Assembly: GCA_031835245.2 (NCBI GenBank)
Contig: JAVKOQ020000006.1
Location: 124,001 to 188,000, forward strand
Reading direction: 5' to 3'
From: Balamuthia mandrillaris
Taxonomy: Eukaryota
DNA length: 64,000 nt
Position numbers and translations under genes: made by a program. This document shows positions 36,248-49,839 of the stretch, in pieces (the first letter of the stretch is position 1; each line of letters begins with the position of its first letter). The notes beneath the pieces are model-generated. The model saw only the letters and a list, made by a program, of their open reading frames with translations. It ran no database searches and was not told the origin of the DNA.

Positions 36248-36562
36248 TTAGGGGATTTGGTCCAATTCGGGGTCCTCGCCGAGGACAAGAGCGGTGTCCA
36301 ACACGGTTCCCTTGCCGAGGGCGTAGAAGGCGATTCCCGTAAGAGCGCCCCTGACGACGATGCGCGGGGCGTGAGCGCCAATCTGTCCCATGGTGACCTG
36401 GCCGCTGCCGAGGAAGCGCGCAAAGTCCTTGGCCTGCCCGCTGAGGTTCTTCCACTTGTGCTGCGGGTGGCAGAGGATGAGGGTCCGAACAAATTCCTGG
36501 CTGGCGTTCTTGCAGGCGCAGTCGGTCGGCTTGCTAAGCTGTTTTGTCACGCTTTGGCCCAT
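36248..36562 (-). CDS. Hypothetical 104-aa protein, possibly N-myristoylated
   Basis: Intronless GC3-rich ORF bounded sharply by A/T-rich UTR-like sequence; A-rich context before the ATG; begins MGQSVT. No family recognised. Confidence 0.6.
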   Translation of the reverse strand: MGQSVTKQLSKPTDCACKNASQEFVRTLILCHPQHKWKNLSGQAKDFARFLGSGQVTMGQIGAHAPRIVVRGALTGIAFYALGKGTVLDTALVLGEDPELDQIP

Positions 36563-36852
36563 CTTTCACTTTGCTACTTTTTTTTTCTCCCCTTTGCTAT
36601 TTTTTTTTTGTTACTTGGATTTTATTTCTGTTTTTTTTTGTTGCTGAACATAATATTGTCGACAATATTGTATTTTTAAACCAAATAAGGAATAATTATT
36701 GACAACTTTCAGATTCTCATGTGTTGAATCGATATTTATGTTGAAGTATTCCCCGCATCGATTATTATTACTGGATTTTCTGTGGGAGTATGTGGTGTCG
36801 ACGAATAACTGATATCGATAATTTGAAGCGAGTGTAGCGAAGAGAGCAAAAG

Positions 36853-37589
36853 ATGAAACGGACGGCAACAAATGCGCCAACAACAACTCCAGCGAGAACG
36901 TCGATGCCTTCTTCTGGCAGTACTAGCAGCGCTGGAGGTGGTGGTGGCGGTGTAGCTGCCGCAAGCAGCGGTGCCTCCTCCTCCGCCGCTGCCAGCGCAG
37001 TGTCGGTCACCAGTAACGTGGCCCTTCAACGGCTGCTCGATTCATTTCACTCCCGCATCGACGAGAAGACCGAAAAGCTCACAGAACATTTTGGAAACTT
37101 GCTAAAAGCTTCCAAAGTTTGTTTTTTTCTTTCCCTTCTCTTCTTTCTATGTTTCTTTTCTTCCCTGTCTTACGCTTACACTCACTGACTCTAGGTCAGC
37201 GAAAACATGCAAAGCGCAAGCGAGGACTTTCTCATCGAAGTCCAATCCACAAATCTGGTTTCCTTCTTCTTCTTGTTCTTCTTGTTCTTCTTCTTCTTCT
37301 TTCACACCTCCCCTCTCTGCTTACTTTCTTCCTATTCCTAATCCTCTTTTTTTCCCTCCCTTCCATCAAGATAAGTGCTGGCGAGGCTCTTCTCTCGTTG
37401 GTGGCGGAGCTGAAGCAAGGCGTGCTGCTCAATGACTTTGCCTCGCGCAACGCCGAGGTGGCGCAGCTCCAGCAGCAATATCGAGGGGAGGAGGAGCGCG
37501 CCCGGCAGAGCATTCAGCAGCTGTCGATGGAGGTCAATGCGGCACTCTTTGAGCTGGAAAATCATTATCACTCTTCTTTTCTCAAGTGA
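36853..37589 (+). CDS. MED22: Mediator subunit 22 (Surf5/Srb6); 3 exons
   Basis: RIDEKTEKLTEHFGNLLKASK..IEVQSTNL/ISAGEALLSLVAELKQGVLLNDF..LFELENHYHSS fits the Med22 pattern. Confidence 0.85.
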
Positions 37590-37672
37590 GAGAAAAAGAA
37601 AGCAAGATCAAAAGAGAAAAGTTGAAGAAGAAAGAAGAAGAAGAAGAGCAGAAGTTCTTTTTTTTTCCTTCC

Positions 37673-38657
37673 CTAACCGATGACAAAGGCTCGAGCAAGG
37701 TTGCGAGCTAAAGCTAAACGCATTTGTTGGATCTCCATCTCGCTTACATTCCCCACATATCTTGTGTGTTTTTTTTGGGTAGGAGTTAGAAAGAATGGCC
37801 AGCTATGTTGACAATAAAAGATAAAAGAAAAAAGAAAAAAGAAGAAGAAAAAAACGCACTCTTGTCTCTTGTGAGAAAGATTTATCTCCTCTAAGCATCG
37901 CATCAGTTGGTGTGTCTCTTCAATGGAAAACAACGTTGTTGCGGTGGCAGAACCTTCATCCTCCCCTCCTTTGAACAAAGGCGTTTCAGCAATGGAAGAA
38001 TGAATGTATGCGAGCAAGCAAGAAAGACAGAAATGAAAAGAGAAACGACAAGAAAGAAAGAGTACCAGTGGTGGCGGTGGGCAAACGAGAGCACTCCAAA
38101 AGAGGGATGATGTCTCGAAGGAGGCTCATCCAAAATCTGCGAGGCGCCGTTTCCGTTGTCAACAGTTCTAACGTCAACCGAACGGCACTCCCAAAATCGT
38201 TATTCTGTTTGTTTTGTACGAAATAAAGTATACAATAGTCAAAAAAAAAAATGAAAGAGCAAGCAGATGCAGAAGCAGAAGAGACAAGAAACCTTCCAAC
38301 AGGCATCTAATTCTCGATATTTGTTCAAAAACGCCAACTTGTCGGAGAAAGCAGCTGAGGAGGGGCCACCAGTCACTCCCGCATTATCTAATATATAGTT
38401 CATATCCTCCACTGTTGCTATAAATGTTTTGGTTGTTGAGAAACAGAAGAAAACAACAAGTTTAAAACGAATAAGAAAGAGCAAACCTATTTTGCCGTGA
38501 TAGTAATCCTCGACGAGTTTGTTGGCAACTTGGGCGAGAAGTACGGAGGCTTTTGCTCTAAGCAGCCACTGCACGCACGCTCCGTATTGCCCTTCTCTGT
38601 ACTTTTTTAATCCCATCGCCTGGAAGAAAAAGAAAAGGAGAACTGCGTTAACACAAT

Positions 38658-38694
<37 letters not shown>

Positions 38695-39887
38695 TTCCTT
38701 CACTCTGTTTGTCTTCTGTTTCCAGTTCTATTTGATACTAACTATTTGAATGGTTCTGGCTTGTTCGTAGAGATGGTATTGCGAACACACGGACAGCAAT
38801 TTCCAAACCTTTCTATCAGAGGTTGGCTGTTGTCTCTCTAGTAGCTAAAACAAACAGCAATAAGAAGAACAGAAATAACAAACAATAACTTTAAAATGAG
38901 TAAGGAGATTAAACTTACTTGTTCCATATGTTGACGACCTAGCGTTGGACAAAAGGAAAGATAGTCCAAAGTGATGCGCCAAAGAGTGTCACTATGTGAA
39001 AGCAACTCTTGGCTATATTCCAACAAAAAGTGTTCTCGCAAGTCTGTTCCAATGCTGAGAGAGAGAGAATGAGTACAACATTTAAGAATGAGAGGAAGCG
39101 GGAGAGAGAAGGGGTAACCTTAAGGGCAGAGATTCGATTTGGCCAGCGTGAGACAAGATATCCGTCAAATGAGCAACGAACCACCAACTTCCCAATATTT
39201 TGGAGCATGTGGTAATGGCCTTTGTTTGGAGAGAGAGAGAGAGAGAGAGATATGTTAGTTCTGCTAGGGAGAGAGAGAGAGAGAGAGGAATAAGTTACTT
39301 TGTAAATTTCTGAATTAACAATGTGAAGTAATATTTCGTCGATTGGTTGTGATTGCGAAAAGTGTTTTACGCAACGTTCTGTTACATATCTGTTTGTCAA
39401 ATGAAAAACAAGACACAAAAACAACCCGTCAACAACAATAAGAGGAGAGAGAGGAGTCCGCGAGAGGCAGACCTCAAATCTATGTTCTTGACAGTAGGAT
39501 CGCAATAGAGCAACTCAGCCACGAGCAGCTCCAACCAATTATCGCTATGTGCAACAAGAACATCGTGATTACCGCTCAATATGTTAAATAATGTAGTAAA
39601 GTGAGGATCACTTTGTATATCTGCTCTCCGTTCCAGTAGATTGCTGTTTGCGACAATATAATTGAGTAATGTAGGAAACATGAGAGAGAGAGATTTCAAC
39701 ATAGAACAAAAAATACCTGCAATCTTCTTGCCACCGCTTCCAATTAGGAAAAAAGTCCGACACAGAATCCCCAGGATAGAGTCGAGGCATGCTTTTAAGC
39801 AGCACCTTTTGTAATAAAGAACATAGAACATTGCAATCAATACTCAACAGAACCTACAAGACTAACGAGAAAGAAGAGCCAGAGGCG

Positions 39888-39932
<45 letters not shown>

Positions 39933-41289
39933 CGTACATCAATAACGTAAAATAGGCTGTTTGCAGAATCATGAGGTTTCTTTCCAAGTTTGCCTGCCCG
40001 CAAGGCTGCTTTCCGGCCTTTGGCGCTTTGGGAGTGACACGCCAGCAGTTGGCGAACTTCCTGCACTTGTCCTCGCAACAACAGCTTTGTAATCAATTCC
40101 CAGTAAAGGGGATGGTCCTCCGGTCTGCTGCGTGATGCTGTTACAAAGGTGTTGGTTAAAATACAAAAAGAAAGGAATGAAGAAAGCAATAACATTGGAA
40201 ACCGAACAACAAAAACTACAACAACAACAACAACAAAAGAGAGAGAGAGAGAGAGAACGGCAAGAAAAAGAACGAGACGAACTTATAGCAGTAATGGTTT
40301 GCTCCAATGAATTGCCCTGCGTCTTTGCTTCATCCAACACTATTTTAAAACATGTACAGTAAGCAAATGGGACACGAACAACTACAACTACAACTACAAC
40401 AAATGAGAGAGAGAGAGCAAAAGAAATAAGAAGTAAGGAGAGAGAACCGCTATAATGAGTTTGAGTTTGCAGCCAATCTACCAGCTGAGCGGTGACCACG
40501 GTGCCAGGGGCAGAGGCCAGGAAGAGGATCTCGCACAGGTGCCAAATCAGCTCGCAAATACGAAACAGCTTCGTTTGAGCGCGGTACTCCTCTATCAGCT
40601 TCGCCGTTGTCGTGGTCGTCATCATTTCTTGTTGCAGCTGTTGTTGGCGTTGTTGCAGCTCCGCCACCTGAGCGTGAAGCAGCGCTCGATAGTGTTTGCT
40701 GCTGCGCCGAAGAGCCTCCGCTTTGGCCCGCAGGGTGATGGCCGTTGTGGAGGGGGTCGTTGTGGTTGTCGTCGTTGCAGCGAGGTCGGACCGCATCAAG
40801 TCCGGGTGGAGCCCACCGCTGGAGCTGGAGTTGGTGCTCGCGGCTTCTTGTAACGCCAGAAAGACTTGATGCGACTCACAAAGCAACTTTTTGGTGAGAG
40901 GGAGAAAAAGAAATGTGAGTGAGACAAACAACAAATCGGATTGAGGAAAAAAAAAGTAGTGAGTGACGAAAAGTAGCGAAGGGAGGGTTGGAGGATACCT
41001 TTCGTGTCTCTGGCAAGTAAGTATTCCAACGACGTGTGCGTAGAGAGGTATCAAAGGAAGAGGAGGAGGAGGACGACGAAACGGTCTCATCATCCTCCCC
41101 GTCGATGGAGGTGGCGGTCTTGGTGGGCGGTGCGGTGGCCCAAAGGAGGAGTTGATCGGGGGTGGCGCCCCATGTGAAGCCTCTTCTTACGGGCCGCTGT
41201 ACTCCGTGACTCGGCGCAACGCCGCCGAAAACGCCGCCACCAGTGCCACCACTTGTGCTGGTGTTAAATCCTCCAAAGCTTGCAAACAT
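37673..41289 (-). CDS. NUP85: Nuclear pore Y-complex nucleoporin Nup85; multi-exon
   Basis: IWHLCEILFL, YWELITKLLLRG, WLELLVAELLYCDP, REHFLLEY..LWRITLDYL, FLNKYRE, APRRFWMSLLRD, RLALARNLARA. Confidence 0.85.
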
Positions 41290-41610
41290 GTCTTTGGCTC
41301 TTTCTTCTTTCGTTTGGATTCTGTTCGTTCAGCGTCGACACGAAAAATGAAGCTCGGGTCGACGGAATGTCGACATCTAACCATGTTTGACCTGCCCTAA
41401 TACCCGTGAATTGTAATAGGTGAGGTTTGTATAGTATTTAAATTGTATTACAATCATACCTATTAGAATCATATCCTGTTTGATTATTGTCGACGACAGA
41501 ATGAGACGTCGACACGAATAAAACTGAAAAATATCTTGTGTCGACATGAAAGAAACTTCAGAAAGGAAAAAAAGAAGAAAAAGATTTGGCTGCGAACACA
41601 ACGGGAGGCA

Positions 41611-44600
41611 ATGGACGCTGGCCAAGAAGGTATCAAAGAAGTGGTGGAGGCGCTACGACACTACGTCGAACCGCTGCTGCCTCTCTTTCCTTCTCCTCCT
41701 ATTCCTGCACCAAGCCTCACTGGTTCAGCAAGCGGCAGTGATCGGCTGCAGCCGCTGTCAGTGCCATCGTGGCGCTCTCTTCTTGCGCTTCTCTCTCCAC
41801 AACAAGGAGAGGAGGAGGAGGAGGAGGAGACAGCGGGCGTGGACGTCGATGAGAGCGCAGCTGCGGAGCGGTATGCGGCGAGAGGAGTGGCGCTGTTGGA
41901 CACCCTCAAGAGGGCCTTGTGCGAACGCCGCCGAAAGGACTGGGAACAACAACGGCCGAGAGAAGAAGCAGACAAAGCGCAAGGAGGAGCGCCTCCTTCT
42001 TCTTCCACCGCACACTCCTCTCTCGTCCCTTTGCTCAGCGTCCAGGTAGTCGTTGTTCTCTCCCTTCTGCTGCTCTCGTTCTCTCTCGCTCTCTTCTCTG
42101 CTGCTCTACCTTTTCTTTAGGCTCTTTCTGCTCTTCTCTTCTCTCTGTGCGCTCTTTGCTCTCTCTCGCTCATTGTTCTCTCTCCTCTCTCTATAAAAAT
42201 AACAAACAAAGGAAGGAAGTATCATTTCTAAAGCGCTGACGATAGTGTCTCTGCTTGGTATCTATCCTTGCTTTGAGCCTGGCGTTGGTGTCCCATTGCA
42301 ACGGCGTTCCAAACGTCCAGGTATTCTGCTCCTTCTTCTCGTTATTCTTGTTGCTGTCGCTTCTTGTTGTTGTTCTTGTTCTTCTTCTTGTTCTTCTTCT
42401 TCTTCTTCTTCTACTTCTTTTGCTTTCCTTCTCTTGTTTCATTCTATCAACATCTCTTTTATTCACTTTATGCTATTCTCTTTTAAGAGCGATTAAGTTT
42501 CATCCAGTCACTGCCTCAACCGGACGTACAAAAACGGTATCACCAACTCTCCACTTACGTCAACGCTTTTGTAGACTTTATAGATAGCAACGAGGAACTC
42601 GCTTCGTTCATTGTATCATACAATCTCAGCGACGTTTTAGCAGGATTAGCCCAGTTGGCGCACTCTCCTATGTTTGCATTGTTGGATTCTTCTGTCTCTT
42701 CGTCTGCTTCGCTCACATCGCGGACGTTTTCACCAAAAGACACACCAGCTTCCATCGTTGATCCTTTTCTTTTGCTACAGCAACAAACCCAAACAGAAAC
42801 AAACGACTCTTCTTCTTCATTTCAGCAAGAACGCATCGCCTTTGCTAACACTCTTTTACGCTTAGTGGATTCGTATGTTTTATTCTTTCTTATTCCAATC
42901 TTCTTTTTGTTGTGCTTTGTGTTGAATTTAACTATCTTTCCTAAATACTTTACAAAAGCACAGTCTATCACCTGCATTTGTATTCGAAAGTGTATCGATT
43001 TTACTAAGCACTCCCACGCACCCACCACCACCTTGGCTCTCCCACTCTATCACAGCGTTGCTCAGTCGTTGCGTCCAACGACCAACAGGAGTTCGATTAG
43101 TTTTAGAACAAGTTTTATGCACTTCCTCTTCCACCTCTTCTGCAGCAATGAAAGCCAACAGCTATTCCAAAGCAGTTAGGGTTATTTCCAGCGTGCCACG
43201 TCAAACATCAAAGGAGCGCTACTACGAAAGAGTGTGCCCACAAGTGGCCTCTCTGCTGGTGAATGTCGGTGGAGAAAACGAAGAAGTTCTTAACAGAGCT
43301 GCCGTTATGTTGACAGCTGCCTTTCTCCGTAAGCAACCGAATCTCGCGTGTCGGCATCTGTTGGCGCCTGTGTTACGTCCTTTGTTGTTATTGCTCTGTT
43401 CTTCTTTACCATCTTCTTCGGCACCTTCGACACCATCTTCTCTTTCTTCGAATTCTGCGATAGCTTGGCCTCATTTGATATTTCCGGCGGCAGAAACAGC
43501 GAGAATGGAATTTGAACGGTTCGCAGAGAAGGCCTTTTCGACTGATGTTTGCTTGGTGCAGGAGAAAGGAGACAGAGTTGTAGTAAAGGAGAAAGAATTG
43601 CAAACGTGCATCGAGTCTATTCATGTGTTATTGAGAGGAGCAGATGCGACTTTGCTTACTTGCATCAGCCTTGGTACTGTTCTCCTTTTCTAGCTCTTCT
43701 TTCCATTCTTCTAATGCTTTCTTCCGTTTTCGTTGGCACAGTGGCCACAACATTATTCCGGTTGTTCATATTCTTGAGGAACAGTCCTCATGCTCTAAAA
43801 CTCCAAACACGAGAGATAATAGTAATACTGCTGCGCCTCAACGAAAGGGCCAACACCCATGCAATCGTCAAGGCTCTTGCTTTTCCTGAAACAACTCATC
43901 ATCGAGTAACTACGCCACATCTCGAATTTGCACACGGTAGCGAAGGTGTAGTCCTTGTACTCACAGATAAAAGGTATTGCTCCTTACCTTCAATGATTCT
44001 TTGTATTGCTATGCTGTTTATGCTTTAATTTTTGTCCAGATTCTCTTCCTTCCTTTCTGTATATCTATTATTCACCTGGTGCAACCGTACTCAACACGCT
44101 TTCGTTTTCTTATCCTTCAAGAGAGGAAGATGAATCTCAGGATGCTACCACGATGGCAGAAAGTTTAGTAGAGTTGCTAAAAGAAGTAAGGAATGAAGAA
44201 TTGGTGGGAGATCTTTTCGTGGAATTGTTGCAGCACTTTGTTGGCATCACACAAGCGCTATCGTCTTCCTCGGATGTGGAACTCAACGAAAGGTAGCTTT
44301 GATTGATTTATTTATTTCTCATTTTACATACCAACTAACGGATACTCGAACAAAAACTGAATACAAATCGCCCACAACAGCCAATTGTCGATGTTACAAT
44401 TGATGGCTGAGTTAAGCGATCAGTTTGGTCCTGCTTTGGTGCGTAATGTGATACAAGTGTGCACCATGCTCAGCACCCTTCTTCAGAGCAATGATCCAAT
44501 CACCGTTGGCATCAGCTTAGCTATTATGAGCAGACTGTTATCGGGTATCATGTTTTTTGCTCTTTTTTTTTTCCTCCGCTTTTTCTTATTTTATTTAATC

Positions 44601-45842
44601 TATACTTCCAGATGAGCTCAAGTTGAACAAAGAGGAGGAAGTGCTCCTTCTCGATATGCTTCCACGTCTGCAAGAGCTCAGCAACAACGCCGAAGATGCT
44701 ACCATCCGGCAAACTGCCTCCTCTCTCTTCCTCAGCATAGTCACTCGAGATAAACATTGGAGTCAACCCGATGAAGAAACGAAAGAAGAAGGGGAAGAAA
44801 CAACCCAACATAAATCAGGAGAAGAAATCATGAAACAAATCTTTGAAGAGCTTCGTGATCCATTGCTTCCGGTGAGAGGACATGGCCTTATTGCATTGAG
44901 ACGATTCTTGCTTTCGAAGCATCCGTTGGCCTTGCAAAACAAAGATAAGATTTTCGGCGTCTTTCAAACACAACTCCAAGATGAAGACAGGTCTGCTTTC
45001 GCCTATGCTTCTCCATCTCTCGTTCCTTCCTTCTCCTTCCTCATCTTCTCCTTATTTGCTGCTTTTGTTTTTTCTTCTCTAATTTATTCTTTCATTCTGC
45101 TGAAAGCTATGTATATTTGGGGGCAATACAAGGACTAACCGCATTAGGCGACTTGTTTCCGAGGGAAACCGTTTCTCTTCTCGTCAAGTTCTACATTGAC
45201 CCTACCTTCAACGAGACCACTCGCCTCAAGATTGGGGAATCCCTTGTCCTCATCGCTGCTCGTTGTGGCGAAGCCCTCCCTGCCTATGGTATCGCTTATC
45301 TCCGCATCGTCATCCTTTCTGTTCTCTGCTTTCTTCGTTATTATTTTCTCCTTTTACTTTCTGTAAACATAACTTTGTTAACCAAATACGTGGGCAAAAA
45401 AGCTTCTTTATTCGTAGATGCTTTCATGCAATGCGCCAAAGACCCCTCTGAAGAGGTGCGATCGAGCAGCCTCTCCAACCTAGCCGGCTTTTGCGAGCAA
45501 ATGAGATTCGCCCTTCACCCTTACATCCAGGATATTCTCGCCTGCGTGACCCCCATTCTTCATCACGCCGATCCCTCTGACCTCGTTCGTCGCGGCGCTG
45601 CCTACGTGCTCTATCTCTTGTTCAGAGGATTTGGTGCGGAGATCTTTGAGTTTCTGCCGGAGCAGCTCAAGCCCTTGTATCGGCTGTTGAAGCAGGTGGC
45701 TGCCGACGATGCGGATGAGATCACTCGTGTGCATGCGCGGCACGCCCTCGCGGAGCTGTCGGACATCGTGAAGGGCTACCTGTCGAGAGACAACATCTCC
45801 GCTCCCGACAAAGATCACGTTCTCAACATTTTAAAAGTTTAA
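41611..45842 (+). CDS. TANGO6: TANGO6/Rtp1-like HEAT/ARM-repeat protein; multi-exon
   Basis: RPTGVRLVL, YYERVCPQV, LRDPLLPVRGHGLIALRR, LQDEDSYVYLGAIQGL, RLKIGESL, VRSSSLSNLA, VRRGAAYVL. Confidence 0.85.
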
Positions 45843-46215
45843 AAAATGAAAATTTCCTAATTTCGAATATTTAATTCAAAAATTAACCATATTTGGTAAC
45901 CAAAAATGAACGAATGGCTAATTGTGTAATCGAAGCCATTTATTTTCCGTCGACATGGCGTGATGTCATCCCTCGCCCACGATTGGTGGAACCAAAATGA
46001 ATTGTTCCGTTTTTGGTAATTCAAACTTATTACTTGTCGACTGCGGTCAATTTACGATTTTTTTTTGATTATTATTTTTTTTTGTTTCTCGTCACCTTCT
46101 CTCCCCCTTTTATTTTTTTCTCTTTTCTTCTAGTCGACACACCAGCGCAGCGTAGCACGCTACTTGATTTTTTTTTTTTGTAGCATCACACCACCTCACA
46201 CAAAAAAAAATAAAC

Positions 46216-47183
46216 ATGCAAGCCACAGGAGCTTCTTTCACCGAGCGTTTGGACCCGGAATCCCTCAAGTTCTTCAACGACGTCTGCTCCAAGCCCTTCT
46301 CCCAGCAGGCCGTGTACTTCCTCAACGCCTACTGGCCTGAGGTTCACACCCAAGCCGAGTTCATCTTCAGGTACGGGACACACAACCTTCGTTCGTTTTT
46401 TTTTTTCAGTGTGTTACCGCTACCTTTTTTTTTTGGATGTGGATTTTTTTCACAATCGCTTTTTTTTTTTTCGTTTTCGCACTCGGGTAACACAAAATCT
46501 AATTTTAATCGCCCCCCTTTTTTTTTGTGTCCATTAAAAATTACAGCGTAGCTTGGGAGGTCATCAAGTATGCCGACATGCACTTCAAGGGCATCAGCTT
46601 GCTCCACTTGTACAACGAGGGTAACGACTTGGACTTTGACATTGGCTTGTACTTCTACGAGCAGCTCTGCAAGTTCATGGACGACTCCAAGAACGCCAAG
46701 TGGACCACCCAGGAGTTCGCCATGTCCCAGCCCGTCATGATGACTGCCATCAAGCGTAAGCAGGAGCTCCGCGAGAAGGTCGACGTCAACTTTGACGGCC
46801 GTGTCTCCTTCCTGGAGTACCTCCTCTACCAATACAAGGACGTCGCTAACCCTGCCGACTTTTGCCATCGTTCCATGGTTTGTTCTCTCTCTCTCTCTCA
46901 TTCCCCCCTTTTTTTTCCCGTTCGCTTCAAGCCCCCACTGAACAAATTTGTTTTACAAAACCAATAGAACCACGATGAGCACCCTGAAATCCGCGCTGCC
47001 CGCTTGGCCCTTGAGGAAGTGAACAAGCGCATCAAGGCCTACGAAGCCGAGAGGTACCGCCTCGAGCAGGAGGCCAAGCAGCCTGGCGTGAAGGGCCTCA
47101 AGGCCGTCAACGAGTTGGCCCAACTCGACTCCAGCCCCTTGGCCGAGCAGCTTAACAAGGTTTCCACACGCTTTCTCCCTCCC

Positions 47184-47221
<38 letters not shown>

Positions 47222-47437
47222 CCTCTCCTCTCTCCTGTATTTTTCGTGCCCTAATTCTATTCTTTAAAAAAACAATTTTAGGCTTTGATCACCGCTGAGG
47301 CTGCCGTGCGTATTGCTGTCCGCAAGTACGGCGGTGCTGGTGGCGCTGGCAGCGACGCTGGTCCCACCGAGGGTGCTTTGTGGTGGATGAGCCGCGATCT
47401 CGAGGAGAAGCAGAAGCGTTACGGCAAGAAGAAGTAA
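46216..47437 (+). CDS. abpB: Calcium-regulated 34-kDa actin-bundling protein (EF-hand); 4 exons
   Basis: PFSQQAVYFLNAYW, YNEGNDLDFDIGLYFYEQLCKF, KVDVNFDGRVSFLEYLLYQY, NHDEHPEI and WWMSRDLEEK closely match Dictyostelium ABP34 as I recall it. Confidence 0.93.
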
Positions 47438-47624
47438 ACCTGTTTTCTCGCCCTGTTTGTTTCCCTTTGCATTTCTTTTTCTTTCCTTCTCTACTTCGAA
47501 GGAATGTTAAGTTTAAAAAAATGACTCCTCAACTTTTGTATCAAACATTTGTCGACTTTTTTTTTGCATTTTTATCGATTATTCTTTGGAAAAAAAAGAA
47601 AAATAATGCAAAGGAGAAGTGTCT

Positions 47625-49802
47625 TCACAGGAAAGAAGCCGAGAGTCCGATTTGCCACCAGCGGGTGAGGTCTTGTGGCTGTTTGTCTATGGGACGAGTG
47701 GCGTTGAGTTCCACCCGACCAAAGACCGTGCTGAAGACAAGCCCTAATCCAACGGTAGTCCTTCTTTCTTTCCACAGCTTCTCCATTCTCTGCTTTATCA
47801 ATTCTTGGCCGCGTGCGTTTTCTTCATCACTCCCTGTTATTTTAAGCTTGAGAACGAAGAAGAAGACGACAACTGCGGAAGAAGGAGAAGGAAGAAGGAG
47901 AGCAGACCGAAGAAAGCAGAAAGAAGAAAGAAGAAAAGAAAGAAAGGAACGAACCGGTAGAAAGAGGTAAGAGACTGCCGCCATGGGCAAAAACGTGCCC
48001 CTTAACAAAGGAAGGAATGTTGGGAAGAGGCAATGGGAACGTGAAATGAAGCGACTCTGAGAGATACAGCTCTCCTCCCAATGCGTTACCTTTCGGGTTT
48101 GTAGAAAAAAAAGGTAAGGGAATAAGGGATAAGTTAAAAAGAGAGGCAACAGAGAAGAGGCCAAAAGAAGTGTGAAATAAGAGAAAGGTGACGGTACTGG
48201 ATTGTCGAGGACCAACACCACACGGTTCAAAGCCACGCAACGATAACGGTCCACCCAAGAAAAACCTGTCTATCACTCTGGTCTTATCGCCAAACAATGG
48301 AACCACAAAGCCTCCTTTTGCCAACGCATTCAATGACTATTCACCAAGCAAACAAAGTTAGCATTTTTTTAAAGAAAAAAGAATAGAATAGAAGAAAGAA
48401 ATAAGATAAGGAAGACGTACGCAACCCCAGCCAAGGGGATAATTGACTTGGGCAGCTGTCTCTCCTTTCAGGAACCGAACATCTCCTCCTAATCCTGCCA
48501 ACTCCTATAAAACCAACACCAATTTGTGTTACATAGGGAGAGAGAGAGAGAGAGAGAGGAGAGAGAAGAGAAAGCGGAACAAAAACTAAAACAACTTGAA
48601 TAAAGGTAAGAAAGACACAGAAAAGGGGGTACAAACATGATGCGACTGAACAGCCCAACCTCTGGTAGGCAATACAGGGTCATCACGCTTGTCCACCATG
48701 TAACGATGGATAAGCGATGACTTCAGGGAATGGCCAGCCTCCAACCGTATCCTTTGGTAATAATAGACAAAGACTCATGTGAGAAAGAGCCGAAACAAAC
48801 AAAGAAAACCAGAAGAGACAAACTTCGAGGCAGCATCTGAGAACGGAAGCACCTCGCGCCAAGCTCCCTCGTAACGAAACTGATGCCTACTGCCAATGGC
48901 ATACACAAGAGAGGAGGAGAGCGTGCGTTGAGTTACGCCGCTGTGAAAGAGGTCGTGAGAGCTTCTGCCGGCCTGCCATTCAAATACACGGAGCGGTTGC
49001 GGTTGCTGATGCGGTTGCTGTTGTCTGGTGGCAAAGTAATGCGCCCAAAGCGGCTTCGTGTAGGATACCTTTTGGAAGACAGGATAGAACGGAAACAAAG
49101 GCAGAAGAAGAGAAGATGAAGAGAGAATGAAGCCGACGAAGAAAGTGAGAAGCGGCAAGAATAACAAGCGAGAAGCAAGAAAAGGAGAGAAAAGAAGAGC
49201 ACGAACTTGAAACGAGTTGTTACGATACTCAGTCCAGTGCGCTCCTATCCTGGTCGTCAGCGAGAGCCTCTCTCCTCTTCCAAACGGATTCGACAGCGCC
49301 ACATTTCCTTCCTTTAGTTTGTTTTTCAAGTGTTAAGGAGAGAAAGAGCGCGAGAAGAGAGGAGAAGCAGAGAAGAGAGGAGAGTGAGAAGAGAAAGGAG
49401 CGAGAAGAGAAGCATAGCAGCAGTGAAGAGAGAAGAGATGAAGAGAAAGGAGACCAGTTCTTGTTCTTCGCCTTCGACGGTGGTGGTCGTCATCACACCC
49501 AGCGACCACATCTTCTTCTCCTCCACCTGAACGATGAGGTCGCAGGAGCGGTTGTCCTCCGGCTCGCTGACGTCCTCCAAGATGAAGCGCACTGACTTGA
49601 AGACGTCCAAGTGCTTCAAGTCGCGCATGGCCTCGAGGAGCCCGGAGGAGACCTCCTCGGCAGTGCGAGCGGCGAAGATGGGGCTCATGCATGGGGCCAG
49701 GAGGTCCTTCTTGGTCCGTTTGTTGCCTTTCACGTAGACATGGCGCACTCGAAAGGGGCGGCCTTGGCTAGAAGAAGAAGAAGACCCGCTCCACATAAAC
49801 AT
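47625..49802 (-). CDS. SAMM50: Mitochondrial outer-membrane beta-barrel assembly protein Sam50 (Omp85 family); multi-exon
   Basis: POTRA VYVKGNKRTK..LKHLDVF; NPFGRGE; DRFFLGGPLSLRGF; ALGG; GLGLV..GRVELN; C-terminal QIGLSASFL. Confidence 0.9.
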
Positions 49803-49839
49803 TCTTTTTTTCTTTCTTTCTTTATTTTTTATTTCGAAG

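Noticed and set aside
41413..41466. Imperfect palindrome (taataggt..atttaaat..acctatta) in the Nup85/TANGO6 divergent gap
   Set aside because: Short, AT-rich and mismatched; not distinguishable from chance by eye.
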